Source of the DNA: an uncultured delta proteobacterium
GTDB taxonomy: Bacteria; Desulfobacterota; Desulfobacteria; Desulfobacterales; SG8-13
Assembly: GCA_963848135.1 (NCBI GenBank)
Contig: CAWKCK010000002.1
Coordinates: forward strand, 124,001-188,000
Direction: 5' to 3'
Length of the DNA stretch: 64,000 nt
This document shows positions 10,261 through 19,389 of this stretch, in pieces. The notes under the pieces were generated by a model. That model saw nothing but the letters and a program-made list of their open reading frames with translations. It did no database searches and had not been told where the DNA came from. The number at the start of each line of letters is the position of its first letter. Position 1 is the first letter of the stretch. Both the position numbers and the translations under genes were made by a program.

Positions 10261-10734
10261 ATGGGATTGGACAAGATACCATTGACACGGGAAGGCTATG
10301 AAGCCTTGAAATCCGATTTGGAACACCTGAAACGGGTAGAACGACCGGCAAATATTCTTGCGATCGAAGAAGCCCGGGCCCACGGAGATCTGTCGGAAAA
10401 CGCCGAATATGCGGCGGCGAAAGACCGCCAGAGTTTTCTCGAAGGGCGGATCAACGAGCTCGAATACAAAGTGGCAGCAGCGGATATCATCGATACCCGG
10501 AATCTGCCCAAAGAAAAAGCCGTATTCGGTAGCCGGGTTGTACTCGAAAATATTGAAACCGGTGAAGATGTCGAATATCAGCTGGTCGGGCCGGATGAGT
10601 CGAATATTGAAGCCGGCCGGATATCTATTACGTCACCTCTTGGAAAGGCGGTCATCGGTAAAAAACCCGGCGACGAACTGACAATCCAGGTTCCGGGCGG
10701 AAGGCGCAGCTACGAACTGGTAGACATCTTATAA
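10261..10734 (+). CDS. greA: Transcription elongation factor GreA
   Basis: ARAHGDLSENAEY, ISITSPLGKA. Confidence 0.96.
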   Translation: MGLDKIPLTREGYEALKSDLEHLKRVERPANILAIEEARAHGDLSENAEYAAAKDRQSFLEGRINELEYKVAAADIIDTRNLPKEKAVFGSRVVLENIETGEDVEYQLVGPDESNIEAGRISITSPLGKAVIGKKPGDELTIQVPGGRRSYELVDIL

Positions 10735-10824
10735 CCGGTAGGTTATTACTTCGGAAATCAGGGGCTGACAGTCCCGGAACCTCGCATAATCACCACCAGA
10801 CACATATCATACGGAGGATAGACT

Positions 10825-11112
10825 GTGGCACGAATCACCGTTGAGGATTGCTTGAGAAAGGTTCACAACCGTTTTCTATTGGTCAATATGGTGGCCAAAA
10901 GGGTCAGACAGATTCGGGAAGGATCGGAATATTTGGTCAGTGCACCAAAGAATGAAGATATCGTTATTTCTTTGCGTGAGGTCGCTGCCGGTAAAATCCA
11001 GCTAAAAAACAAAGACCTCGTTCTATTTGATTCATCTTCGTTGGATGATGCACTTCCCGCTCCAGTAACAGACGAAGTGCCGGAGCAAGATGCGGAACAG
11101 ATCGTCGAATAG
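10825..11112 (+). CDS. rpoZ: RNA polymerase omega subunit
   Basis: MARITVEDCL..NRF.LV; SD GGAGG before GTG; acidic C-terminal tail. Confidence 0.93.
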   Translation: MARITVEDCLRKVHNRFLLVNMVAKRVRQIREGSEYLVSAPKNEDIVISLREVAAGKIQLKNKDLVLFDSSSLDDALPAPVTDEVPEQDAEQIVE

Positions 11113-11115
11113 CCG

Positions 11116-11847
11116 TTGTCGCGTAAAAGCAAGACATATAAAAAAATCAACCGGCTCGTCGGAAAAGTTCAACATCACTACGGCATGATATCCGACGGAG
11201 ACCGGGTCTTGGTGGGTTTGTCGGGCGGAACGGACAGCCTGACTTTGATGTGGACATTAAAAGAGAGATTGGCGAGGATCCGCGTCGAATACGCACTGCA
11301 TGCTGTCTATCTTGACCCGGGGTTTGAAGGCGGTTTCAGCGATAAACTGGCCGACTATTGTAAGGACGCAGGTTACCGGTTAACGATCGAACACACCGAT
11401 TTCGGCGTCAAGGCACACAGCCGAGAAAATCGTGAAAACCCCTGTTTCCTGTGCGCATGGGAGCGTAGGAAGCGACTATTCAGACTCGCCGAAGACCTCG
11501 GGTGCCGCAAAGTGGCACTCGGCCACAACAAGGACGACATTATCGAAACCTTGTTCATGAACATCTGCTATTCCGGTGAAATCAGCACCATGGTTCCATC
11601 TCAACGTTTTTTCAGCGGTAAATTCACGGTGATCCGCCCCTTGGCCTTCGTTGAGAAAGATATCATTCGGCGTTTTGCTGTTGAACAGGGTTTTCCGGAA
11701 TTCATCAATCCCTGTCCCAGCGCCACCAATTCGAAGCGACAGGACATCAAGGGTCTGCTTGAAAAACTCTACCGGAGTAATGACAAAATTAAAGGAAATA
11801 TTTTCAGATCACTCAGCCATGTTAAGCAGGAGTACTTGCTGGATTGA
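11116..11847 (+). CDS. ttcA: tRNA 2-thiocytidine biosynthesis TtcA-family protein
   Basis: PP-loop SGGTDS, CFLC, ALGHNKDD, IRPL, NPCP. Confidence 0.85.
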   Translation: MSRKSKTYKKINRLVGKVQHHYGMISDGDRVLVGLSGGTDSLTLMWTLKERLARIRVEYALHAVYLDPGFEGGFSDKLADYCKDAGYRLTIEHTDFGVKAHSRENRENPCFLCAWERRKRLFRLAEDLGCRKVALGHNKDDIIETLFMNICYSGEISTMVPSQRFFSGKFTVIRPLAFVEKDIIRRFAVEQGFPEFINPCPSATNSKRQDIKGLLEKLYRSNDKIKGNIFRSLSHVKQEYLLD

Positions 11848-11893
11848 ATCTACTGAAATCAACCGCAACTGCTGACACGCGGCAAACCTAAGC

Positions 11894-11915
11894 GCGGGTA
11901 CAAAATCCCGCTTTT
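11894..11915 (+). terminator. Possible weak intrinsic terminator
   Basis: GCGGG-8 nt-CCCGC followed by TTTT. Confidence 0.35.
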
Positions 11916-12011
11916 GATCATCACTTCGCTGGATACAGTGCCTATCAGTACCCATTTCCGTAGGTGGTATTTACCCTGGCATGACGTTAAAGAGGGCAGG
12001 GGGAATATAAT

Positions 12012-12803
12012 ATGCAAATGCCGATGAAAGACGTACAAAACGAACGCGATCACCGCAACATTCCTATCGACAAGGTCGGCATCAAAAATCTCAAATACCC
12101 GATAACTGTTCTTGACCGTCGAAACGGTGCTCAGAATACCGTGGCTTCCATTAACATGTATGTCGATCTCCCGCATAAAAACAAGGGCACGCACATGAGC
12201 CGGTTTGTCGAGATTCTGCATCTTTTTCGGCCGGAAGTGTCTTTGAAACGCATCGCCGATGTATTGGAACAGATGAAAGAACACCTGAATGCCGCCTCCG
12301 CGCACATTGAAGTCATGTTCCCTTATTTTATCGAGAAAAAGGCCCCGATAAGCGCGTCACCGGGATTGATGGACTACGATTGCAAATTTCAAGGGTACAG
12401 CGGTCCGGATGGTAAGGTCGACCTGATGGTCGAGGTGAACGTACCGATCTCTTCTGTCTGTCCCTGTTCCAAAGAGATCAGTCAATACGGTGCCCACAAC
12501 CAACGCGGGCAGGTAAAGGTCCGCACACGATTCAAAAAATTCATCTGGATCGAAGATATGATTGAACTGGTCGAGGAGACGGCCTCCTGTGACGTTTACT
12601 CGGTGCTCAAACGTGTGGATGAAAAGTGCGTCACTGAGCGCGGGTTTGCGAATCCAAAGTTCGTCGAGGATATTGTTCGCGACGTCTCGCAGAGATTAAA
12701 CGCAGACGATAACATCACCTGGTTCTCCGTCAGTGCTGAAAATTTCGAATCAATCCATAACCACAGCGCTTATGCCCACATTACGAGCGGTAGCAATGAT
12801 TGA
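12012..12803 (+). CDS. folE2: GTP cyclohydrolase FolE2 (type IB)
   Basis: KGTHMSRF, CPCSKEIS..GAHNQR, NPKFVEDIVR, ENFESIHNH. Confidence 0.96.
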   Translation: MQMPMKDVQNERDHRNIPIDKVGIKNLKYPITVLDRRNGAQNTVASINMYVDLPHKNKGTHMSRFVEILHLFRPEVSLKRIADVLEQMKEHLNAASAHIEVMFPYFIEKKAPISASPGLMDYDCKFQGYSGPDGKVDLMVEVNVPISSVCPCSKEISQYGAHNQRGQVKVRTRFKKFIWIEDMIELVEETASCDVYSVLKRVDEKCVTERGFANPKFVEDIVRDVSQRLNADDNITWFSVSAENFESIHNHSAYAHITSGSND

Positions 12804-12835
12804 ATTCCCTCCAAAAGCGACATACACCCGGTAGG

Positions 12836-14053
12836 CTAATTTAAAGACTGCTCCAGCCTGCGTGCGATCCGTTCGGCCGATTTACCTTTAGAATTCATTA
12901 AAACAACGAAACGATTGAGACTGCCGTCGGGATTTTCAAAATAACCGGCCCTGGTACTGATACCGTTCAACGTGCCGGACTTGTAATATTGACGGCCCTT
13001 ATGGCGCATGAGGGTGTGGTGGGGCGTGAAGGCTTCCAGAACCCGGGACAAATCCCGGGCGGTTATGCGGTTCGCTCTGGAAATCCCGGATCCCTCGATG
13101 AGACAGAAGTCATTGAGTTTAAGAATATTGCCGGCATAAGCGTGAGCGGCCTGAACGCCTTTTTCAAGATTCCCCGGCATGCCGTAGGCGTTGATCCCGG
13201 AGGCAATCAGGATCTGATTGGTGATGTAGTTGTTGGAAAACTCCAGCAGGCGGGTAATGACATCGACAAGTGAAAAAGGAGACAAATGGCGGTAGAGCAG
13301 AATGTCACTGTCCGGACGGACGTTGCCGATCCTAATTCTGCCTGATACCGCTACACCATTCTGTTCCAGAAAGTAGGCAAAGAGATGTCCGCAGTAACGC
13401 GTGATTTCATTTTCTTTATGGGATAAAACGATGCGCCCTTCGGTCAATTTTGACGCCTTGATCCGATTGAGCACTACCGGCAGCAACGGGGATTGCGGCT
13501 CGGCGCTAACGTAGATACCGTTAACTTTTTTAAACGATACTGTGTTGAAATTGACACAAAGGGCACCGTTGGGCGCATCGTACGGTTCCGATGAAGAGGA
13601 AACTCCCGGAATGGTGAGTGGTTGTGCAAAGTAGTTATCATCTAAAACAATATCGTTTATTCGACTTATTCGGGTGCTTAAGGTGCGGGTGATATCGCCG
13701 ATCACTTCAGAGATGAGAAGCGGATCACCATATCCCTTAATGGTCAGATTGTGATCCCTGTCGAGGAAGAATTCGGTGACGAACCGATACTCGGGACCAA
13801 GGTAGTTCAGTGCCACCAGGGAAGTAAAAATTTTCAGGGTCGATGCCGGTATCAAAGGGCGGTCTTCGTTTTTGGAGACAATCACCCGACCATCAGGGCC
13901 TGTAACCAGGATGGCATCCCTGTTTCCGATTAGCTTGGCCACAATTTCCAGGCCGGTGTCGGCCGGGCTATCCTTTGCCAGGAGTCCGATGCACACCATT
14001 AGGGTGCACAATATGCAGGCAATGTTTCGCACAATAAGTTTCCGACTGGGCAT
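12836..14053 (-). CDS. dacB: D-alanyl-D-alanine carboxypeptidase/endopeptidase (peptidase S13)
   Basis: Signal-like N-terminus; SxxK (PASTLK), GYGDP, SNN, EGSGISR.N, KSGT. Confidence 0.9.
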   Translation of the reverse strand: MPSRKLIVRNIACILCTLMVCIGLLAKDSPADTGLEIVAKLIGNRDAILVTGPDGRVIVSKNEDRPLIPASTLKIFTSLVALNYLGPEYRFVTEFFLDRDHNLTIKGYGDPLLISEVIGDITRTLSTRISRINDIVLDDNYFAQPLTIPGVSSSSEPYDAPNGALCVNFNTVSFKKVNGIYVSAEPQSPLLPVVLNRIKASKLTEGRIVLSHKENEITRYCGHLFAYFLEQNGVAVSGRIRIGNVRPDSDILLYRHLSPFSLVDVITRLLEFSNNYITNQILIASGINAYGMPGNLEKGVQAAHAYAGNILKLNDFCLIEGSGISRANRITARDLSRVLEAFTPHHTLMRHKGRQYYKSGTLNGISTRAGYFENPDGSLNRFVVLMNSKGKSAERIARRLEQSLN

Positions 14054-14083
14054 CCGTTGTGACCGGTTTCTAATCCTTATTTT

Positions 14084-14881
14084 TTAGGCAATTTTCCACA
14101 TGTTGTCGAACATCCGGCGGCTCAACCGCAGATATTCCCGGTCCGGCGTGAAGACTTCGAATGTGACGGTGCCGTTGTATCCTGTCTTTTTCAATGCCTT
14201 CAGAATCTTCGAAAAATTGATGCGGCCCGACCCGACAGGAAGGTGGTTGTCTTCCTTGCCGAAATTGTCACTGATATGGACATGGTCGATGCGGTCGCCA
14301 AAGGTTTCAATAAGCTTGAGGGTGCGCTTACCCCGCGGACTGCCGATATTGGCGTGACCGGTATCCAGAGTGAGCTTCAGGGCTGGCAATCGGTCAAAGA
14401 CTTCCGCCAGATCGGCCACATCGACGCAAAAATGGGTGCGTGGGAACATGTTTTCCAGACAGAGCGTCAGTTCGAGATCCGCCGCTCTTGATGCGATAAC
14501 TTCCAGGCTTTCCATTGCCAAACCGCGCGCCAGTTCGGGAACATGGGGTCCCATACCGGTAATGTAAGCCGGATGGACAACGACTTTTTCGGTACCCAGC
14601 AACGCCGCCGTTTCGAGGGACTGAAGGACTTCGGTGAGGGAGGCCTTGCGGATGCTTTCGGTCAGATCCGCCAGGGAGACGAAGGTCGGCATGTGACAGA
14701 CCAACCGCATATCGTACCTGTGAAGGGCCGCCAGAAATCCATTTTTCTCCTCTTTCAGCATGGCGTAATGCGCTGCCGGTGGATCCATCGTCAGTTCCAG
14801 AAAATCGAAGCCCAGAGCCGCTATCGTATCGAGTTCGTCTCGCACCGGTGCGACCGGAAAGTTCATGGCACCGTATAGCAT
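14084..14881 (-). CDS. Sugar phosphate isomerase/epimerase (AP endonuclease 2 TIM-barrel family)
   Basis: VVVHP, LENM, LDTGHA, HVHISDN.G.ED.HL, FEVF. Confidence 0.88.
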   Translation of the reverse strand: MLYGAMNFPVAPVRDELDTIAALGFDFLELTMDPPAAHYAMLKEEKNGFLAALHRYDMRLVCHMPTFVSLADLTESIRKASLTEVLQSLETAALLGTEKVVVHPAYITGMGPHVPELARGLAMESLEVIASRAADLELTLCLENMFPRTHFCVDVADLAEVFDRLPALKLTLDTGHANIGSPRGKRTLKLIETFGDRIDHVHISDNFGKEDNHLPVGSGRINFSKILKALKKTGYNGTVTFEVFTPDREYLRLSRRMFDNMWKIA

Positions 14882-15164
14882 GGGACCCTTCTTCTGCAGT
14901 TAGAAAACAACGTTAGATCGATATTATACCGTCGAAATGATTTCTGGCACATTGTTATGGATTGCTGCTCTAATGGAGAGAAGAAAATAATTTGATCCGG
15001 AGTTTTATATGGATAAAGAGCCGGGTTCGCAGTAATTGAAGCGGGTGTCGTAGCTTCCGTTGCTCCTGTAAAGGACAGCGCATTTTATCACGTGTCGGTT
15101 TTGAAACGATATCGGCGCTGCTAGCGGCAGCCTTTTAGTGGCTGGAGATATTCTACAGTCGGCT

Positions 15165-15452
15165 TCAGGCGTTCGGGTTGATTTTGTCCCGCAACTTACC
15201 GGAGCACTTAAAAGTGACGACGCGGCGTGGTCTCAGCATCATTGTGTTACCGGTGGCAGGATTTCGACCTCTTCGCTCAGATTTTTCCTTGACACAGAAT
15301 TTACCGAATCCACTCACCAACACGTCTTCACCGATCGCGAGGGTCCGTTTCATTATCTCCAGAAGCGTTTCAACAGTATCGGTCGCTTGTTTCTTTGAAA
15401 ATCCGTTGCCTTCGGCAACTGCTTCGATAATTTCGGCCTTTGTCAATGCCAT
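15165..15452 (-). CDS. ihfA: Integration host factor subunit alpha
   Basis: MALTKAEI, SGFGKF, RRGRNPATG, RRVVTFK; SD GGAGG. Confidence 0.93.
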   Translation of the reverse strand: MALTKAEIIEAVAEGNGFSKKQATDTVETLLEIMKRTLAIGEDVLVSGFGKFCVKEKSERRGRNPATGNTMMLRPRRVVTFKCSGKLRDKINPNA

Positions 15453-15500
15453 AGCGCAAATATACCTCCCCCGAATAGTTCAAAACAACAATGGTTATTT

Positions 15501-15513
15501 TATCAATTATTTA
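15501..15513 (+). promoter_or_regulatory. IHF-binding consensus upstream of ihfA
   Basis: TATCAATTATTTA matches WATCAA-N4-TTR exactly, in an AT-rich tract. Confidence 0.55.
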
Positions 15514-15714
15514 TACTGTTTACAAGGTTTTATATCGTATTTCCGGAGTGTGGTGCGTTCATTTGAACGGCATATCTTGAGTATATCCTACTAATATTCT
15601 TGACAATATAACTCAAAGTTGACATTTAAGCAATAGAGAAATCGGGCAACGCCATAATTTCTTAGTCATTTTGACTTTATTCTCAACGATTCGTCGTATG
15701 AACGAGGAGGTTTT

Positions 15715-16077
15715 GTGGGCGACCTTCAACCGGAAAATAATACCGAAAATGTCAGGGAAAGGCGTGTGGTTAAAAGGACGCCAACATCGAGTACCTATAC
15801 GGCAGAGATAAAATTGAGTGCCGTGCCGATCCATCAGCTCAAGCTGCGTGATTCCTCTCTCCATGGCGCCTGCCTGGTCGTAAAAAATGATTCTTCGATA
15901 ATGGATTACTTGACGGTCGACCAGACGCTGAGCATCCGTTTTCACTCCGTCGATCGATCGCGGCCGGCCGGTATATTTAAAATAGAAATCCGGCATATCA
16001 CCGAAGGCAATCCCGGACGGTTTGACGGCCACTATTTGGTCGGTGTAAAAATAATCGAGCGCCTGACCGGCAATTAG
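15715..16077 (+). CDS. PilZ-domain protein
   Basis: RxxxR (RVVKR) and DxSxxG (DSSLHG); SD GAGGAGG before GTG. Confidence 0.75.
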   Translation: MGDLQPENNTENVRERRVVKRTPTSSTYTAEIKLSAVPIHQLKLRDSSLHGACLVVKNDSSIMDYLTVDQTLSIRFHSVDRSRPAGIFKIEIRHITEGNPGRFDGHYLVGVKIIERLTGN

Positions 16078-16100
16078 ATGTCGATTCGTTCTGACCCAGG

Positions 16101-17186
16101 CTAAGGTTCATTTTCTAAGTCAGAAGTACGACGTTGCTGGGTCTTCTGCGTTGTGAAGGTACTCAACGACCAGGGTTTGACATCTGCGGTCCGACTCATC
16201 CCCATGTGGCATTCATCCTTACGGCAAGCTGGACAATCATTTTCAACACACGGATCCATATGAATCAAGGCGCTTGCCCGTCCCTCGAAGTGATTGATAA
16301 CGATATTTTCTACTTTCTTCGCTTCTCGGTGCGCCTGCTCAAGGGAGCAATCCCGCGGTAGGACAAGATGCATGTCGATATGTGTATGGTCACCCGATTT
16401 CCAGGCCCGCAGTTGGTGAATGTCGACCCAATTCGCTCTGCGGTGGCTGATGAGCAATTCCGACAATCTTTCCAAGATCCGTCGATCGGCGGCATCCATG
16501 AGCCCATGGAATGACTGGCGCACCAGCGTAAAACCGGTGACGAGAATGTTCAAGCCGACGATACAAGCAATCAGCCCATCAAGCCAAAACCATCCCGTCG
16601 CTTTAACCAACACCAATCCCAGTGCGACTCCGAAAGATGTGTAGACGTCGGTCATAAGATGCTTGCCGTCGGCAACCAGGGTGATGGACCCGGTCTTTCT
16701 GCCAGTGCGTATCAAACAGACACCCAGGATAAGATTGACGCAGCTGGCGCCCATCAAGATAATCAATCCAATATTCAGATGCGCTAATGGGGCGGGATCA
16801 ATTAAATGCGGGATGCCGGTTCTAAATATGCCGAAGGCTGCCACAATGATTAATGCGCCTTCGAATCCGGCAGAAAAAAACTCGATCTTGCCGTGACCGT
16901 AAGGGTGGTTCTCATCCGGCGGTCTGGCCGCCAGCAGAATACTGCCCATTGCAAAGGTGCTGGCGGCGACGTTTATGATCGATTCGAAAGCGTCTGAGAG
17001 AATTGCCGAAGACTGGGTCAGGCGGTAGGCGTAAAACTTCACCGCCATCAGAAGGACACCGATGAACACGGACAGGCTAACAAGGATCACCCGGCGTTTT
17101 TGGTGCCGTTCACGCGTATTCGCCGGACTTCCAATGGGTTTGGGCGCTATTGGGGTCAAAACGACCTTCGCTATCGTTTCAGACAT
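16101..17186 (-). CDS. Cation diffusion facilitator (FieF-like) with Cys-rich tail
   Basis: HPYGHGKIE, ADGKHLMTD, multiple hydrophobic segments, C-terminal HMDPC...CPAC....C. Confidence 0.92.
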   Translation of the reverse strand: MSETIAKVVLTPIAPKPIGSPANTRERHQKRRVILVSLSVFIGVLLMAVKFYAYRLTQSSAILSDAFESIINVAASTFAMGSILLAARPPDENHPYGHGKIEFFSAGFEGALIIVAAFGIFRTGIPHLIDPAPLAHLNIGLIILMGASCVNLILGVCLIRTGRKTGSITLVADGKHLMTDVYTSFGVALGLVLVKATGWFWLDGLIACIVGLNILVTGFTLVRQSFHGLMDAADRRILERLSELLISHRRANWVDIHQLRAWKSGDHTHIDMHLVLPRDCSLEQAHREAKKVENIVINHFEGRASALIHMDPCVENDCPACRKDECHMGMSRTADVKPWSLSTFTTQKTQQRRTSDLENEP

Positions 17187-17210
17187 TCACCGCAAAAGCG
17201 GATAAAAAAT

Positions 17211-17855
17211 CTACAACTCAGGATCAATGCTGCTGTTGTAAATGAATAAGGCGGCAATTACTTTTTTGTATTCCTGAAAAATCTTGGCAACATATTTCGA
17301 ATCAAGCCACCACATCCGTCCTCTTTGCGAATCCGGTTCCACCGGGTGATAGTAAAATTCAATCCCGGTTGAGGGACGGTATCTATCGAAGGCCATCTGG
17401 GCCCGTCGCATATGATAGGCTGAACTGACGATGATGGCCGACTTTAAGTTCAACTTCTGCATGATCTGAACTGTTTTGCGGGCTTCCACGTAAGTGCCGC
17501 CAAATTTTTCGATAATCGGTTCGTCCTCGGGCGTCGATCTGCCGATGAAAACCTGATTCTCGGGCAAGGCATCCCTTAAACCGAAATACTGCGCGACCCA
17601 GGGCCAATCGATGGCCGGGTGGCGCAAGGGCAGAATCAAAAGTTGTCCGTTCCCTTGCTGTATCAGAGCCGTGCCTTTTGTGATCCGTTCCCTGTCTTCT
17701 TTGTAGGAACCGGCCAATACCACCACGGCGTCAGTATGTTCGCGCTTGATTTCACTTTTAACGCGCAGAAATTCTTCACCCTTCACCAGAAAGAGAATGA
17801 CGCAGACTATGGCTGCCAAAGCCAACACAACGATGATTTTTCGGTAACGTGACAT
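17211..17855 (-). CDS. YdcF/DUF218 family membrane-anchored protein
   Basis: N-terminal TM, DAVVVLAG, T..EA, VSSAYHMRRA, EYKK; ATG 17855. Confidence 0.85.
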   Translation of the reverse strand: MSRYRKIIVVLALAAIVCVILFLVKGEEFLRVKSEIKREHTDAVVVLAGSYKEDRERITKGTALIQQGNGQLLILPLRHPAIDWPWVAQYFGLRDALPENQVFIGRSTPEDEPIIEKFGGTYVEARKTVQIMQKLNLKSAIIVSSAYHMRRAQMAFDRYRPSTGIEFYYHPVEPDSQRGRMWWLDSKYVAKIFQEYKKVIAALFIYNSSIDPEL

Positions 17856-18138
17856 TTTGAACCTGCATGGTCGCGAAGACGTGGAAAAACCTGACCGGCC
17901 CTGAAGGGCATCCTTCTGCATCCCTTCAGTTAACTTTGAAAAATGCGAAACGTAAAGGATCCGACGACGTTGATAGGGTGGCACCGGCGGCCGCGGGGGT
18001 TTTCCTTGTTCCAGAAAGTATACATTAATTCTTGGCAGAATGGAAATATGAGCGCTTGATGGAAAGCGTGTGGTCCTGTTTCAGCCGGGGCATTATGCCT
18101 TGCAACGGACATCACCGCGGTACAATTGGTTGCTGCGT

Positions 18139-19224
18139 TTAATTTTCTTTGTCTGTTACGCCGGCTTCTTCGAAAGTTTGCATTTCCCTGAAAATTTTGA
18201 TGGCGGCTTCCATGATCCCCATTGCAAGTGCGCTGCCGGTGCCTTCTCCGAGGCGCATACCCAAGTCAAGGATCGGGGTGAGTTCGAGGTATTTCAGCAT
18301 ATGTCTGTGGCCGGGTTCTTCGGAGCAATGGCCACTAAAAAGGTACGCTGTTGACAGGGGAGAGAGAATATTGGCAATCAGAGCCCCGGCGGTTGAAATA
18401 AACCCATCAATGATAACCGGGCGCTTATAATAGGCCCCGGCCAGAATGCATCCGGCGATTCCTCCGATTTCAAAACCGCCGATTTTGGATAAGGTATCGA
18501 GGCCGTCGGTAGGGTCGGGCCGATTGATTTCGATGGCGCGCTGAATCACTGCGAGCTTACGCTGCAGCCCCTGGTCGTCCACGCCGGTACCTCGGCCGAC
18601 CATTTCTTTCAGGCTGCAACCGGTAACCACCGCTCCGATTGCTGACGATGCAGTGGTGTTTCCAATGCCCATATCACCGGTGCCCAACAGTTGGATGCCC
18701 TTATCGAACAAATCGGCCGCAACGCCGAAGCCGGTTAAAACTGCCGTTTCGGCATCCATGCGGGTCATTGCCGGGCCACGGCTGAGGTTGGCGGTACCTT
18801 TAGCAATCTTGCGGATGAGTAATCGGTCAGCAGCGTCCAATTGTTGTGGGTCTATTTCCGGGATGACCCCCATGTCGACAACGCGGATTTCAGCTCCGAC
18901 GTGTCGGGCCATGACGTTAATCCCGGCACCCCCATTGATAAAGGTTTTAATCATTTCACCGGTAACTTCTTGCGGAAAGGCGCTGACCCCATCAGAGGCG
19001 ACGCCATGGTCGCCCGCCATCACGACAACAGCCGTCGGCGCCAGTTCCGGTATGGTGGTTTGCCGGATTGCACACAAACGCTCGGCAATATCATGCAGTC
19101 GTCCCAAAGCCCTGTTTGGCATGACCAGTCGTCCGGTTCGTTGACGGGCTTTCTCGAACCAGCCCGCATCCAAGGGTTCAATGCCATCGATGATCTGGTT
19201 CAGTGTCTTGCGATACGTGCCCAT
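18139..19224 (-). CDS. cobT: Nicotinate-nucleotide--dimethylbenzimidazole phosphoribosyltransferase
   Basis: LGRL, AGDHGV, GDMGIGNTT, GGFEIG, DGFIS, MRLGEGTG. Confidence 0.96.
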   Translation of the reverse strand: MGTYRKTLNQIIDGIEPLDAGWFEKARQRTGRLVMPNRALGRLHDIAERLCAIRQTTIPELAPTAVVVMAGDHGVASDGVSAFPQEVTGEMIKTFINGGAGINVMARHVGAEIRVVDMGVIPEIDPQQLDAADRLLIRKIAKGTANLSRGPAMTRMDAETAVLTGFGVAADLFDKGIQLLGTGDMGIGNTTASSAIGAVVTGCSLKEMVGRGTGVDDQGLQRKLAVIQRAIEINRPDPTDGLDTLSKIGGFEIGGIAGCILAGAYYKRPVIIDGFISTAGALIANILSPLSTAYLFSGHCSEEPGHRHMLKYLELTPILDLGMRLGEGTGSALAMGIMEAAIKIFREMQTFEEAGVTDKEN

Positions 19225-19361
19225 TACACGACTCCTTTATTTCGATCGTGGTCAATAGATTTAATCAGTATCGAGCGCACGGGCTCTTCTGTTTGTATGG
19301 TTTCCTATCTATAACTTCGATGACAGTGTCAAGATTATACGCTGTCTTTCCTAAAAACCTG

Positions 19362-19389
19362 TTGCCTTAAGCAGGCCCACTGGTATATA
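19362..19389 (+). promoter_or_regulatory. sigma70-type promoter for the cbi/cob operon
   Basis: TTGCCT-16 nt-TATATA with extended -10 TG. Confidence 0.45.

Noticed and set aside
11881..11915. c-di-GMP-I (GEMM) riboswitch suggested by GGCAAACC upstream of folE2
   Set aside because: No GNRA-capped stem or second hairpin; a simple terminator-like hairpin fits better
14944..14965. sigma54 promoter at TGGCAC
   Set aside because: No GC at the required 10-nt spacing
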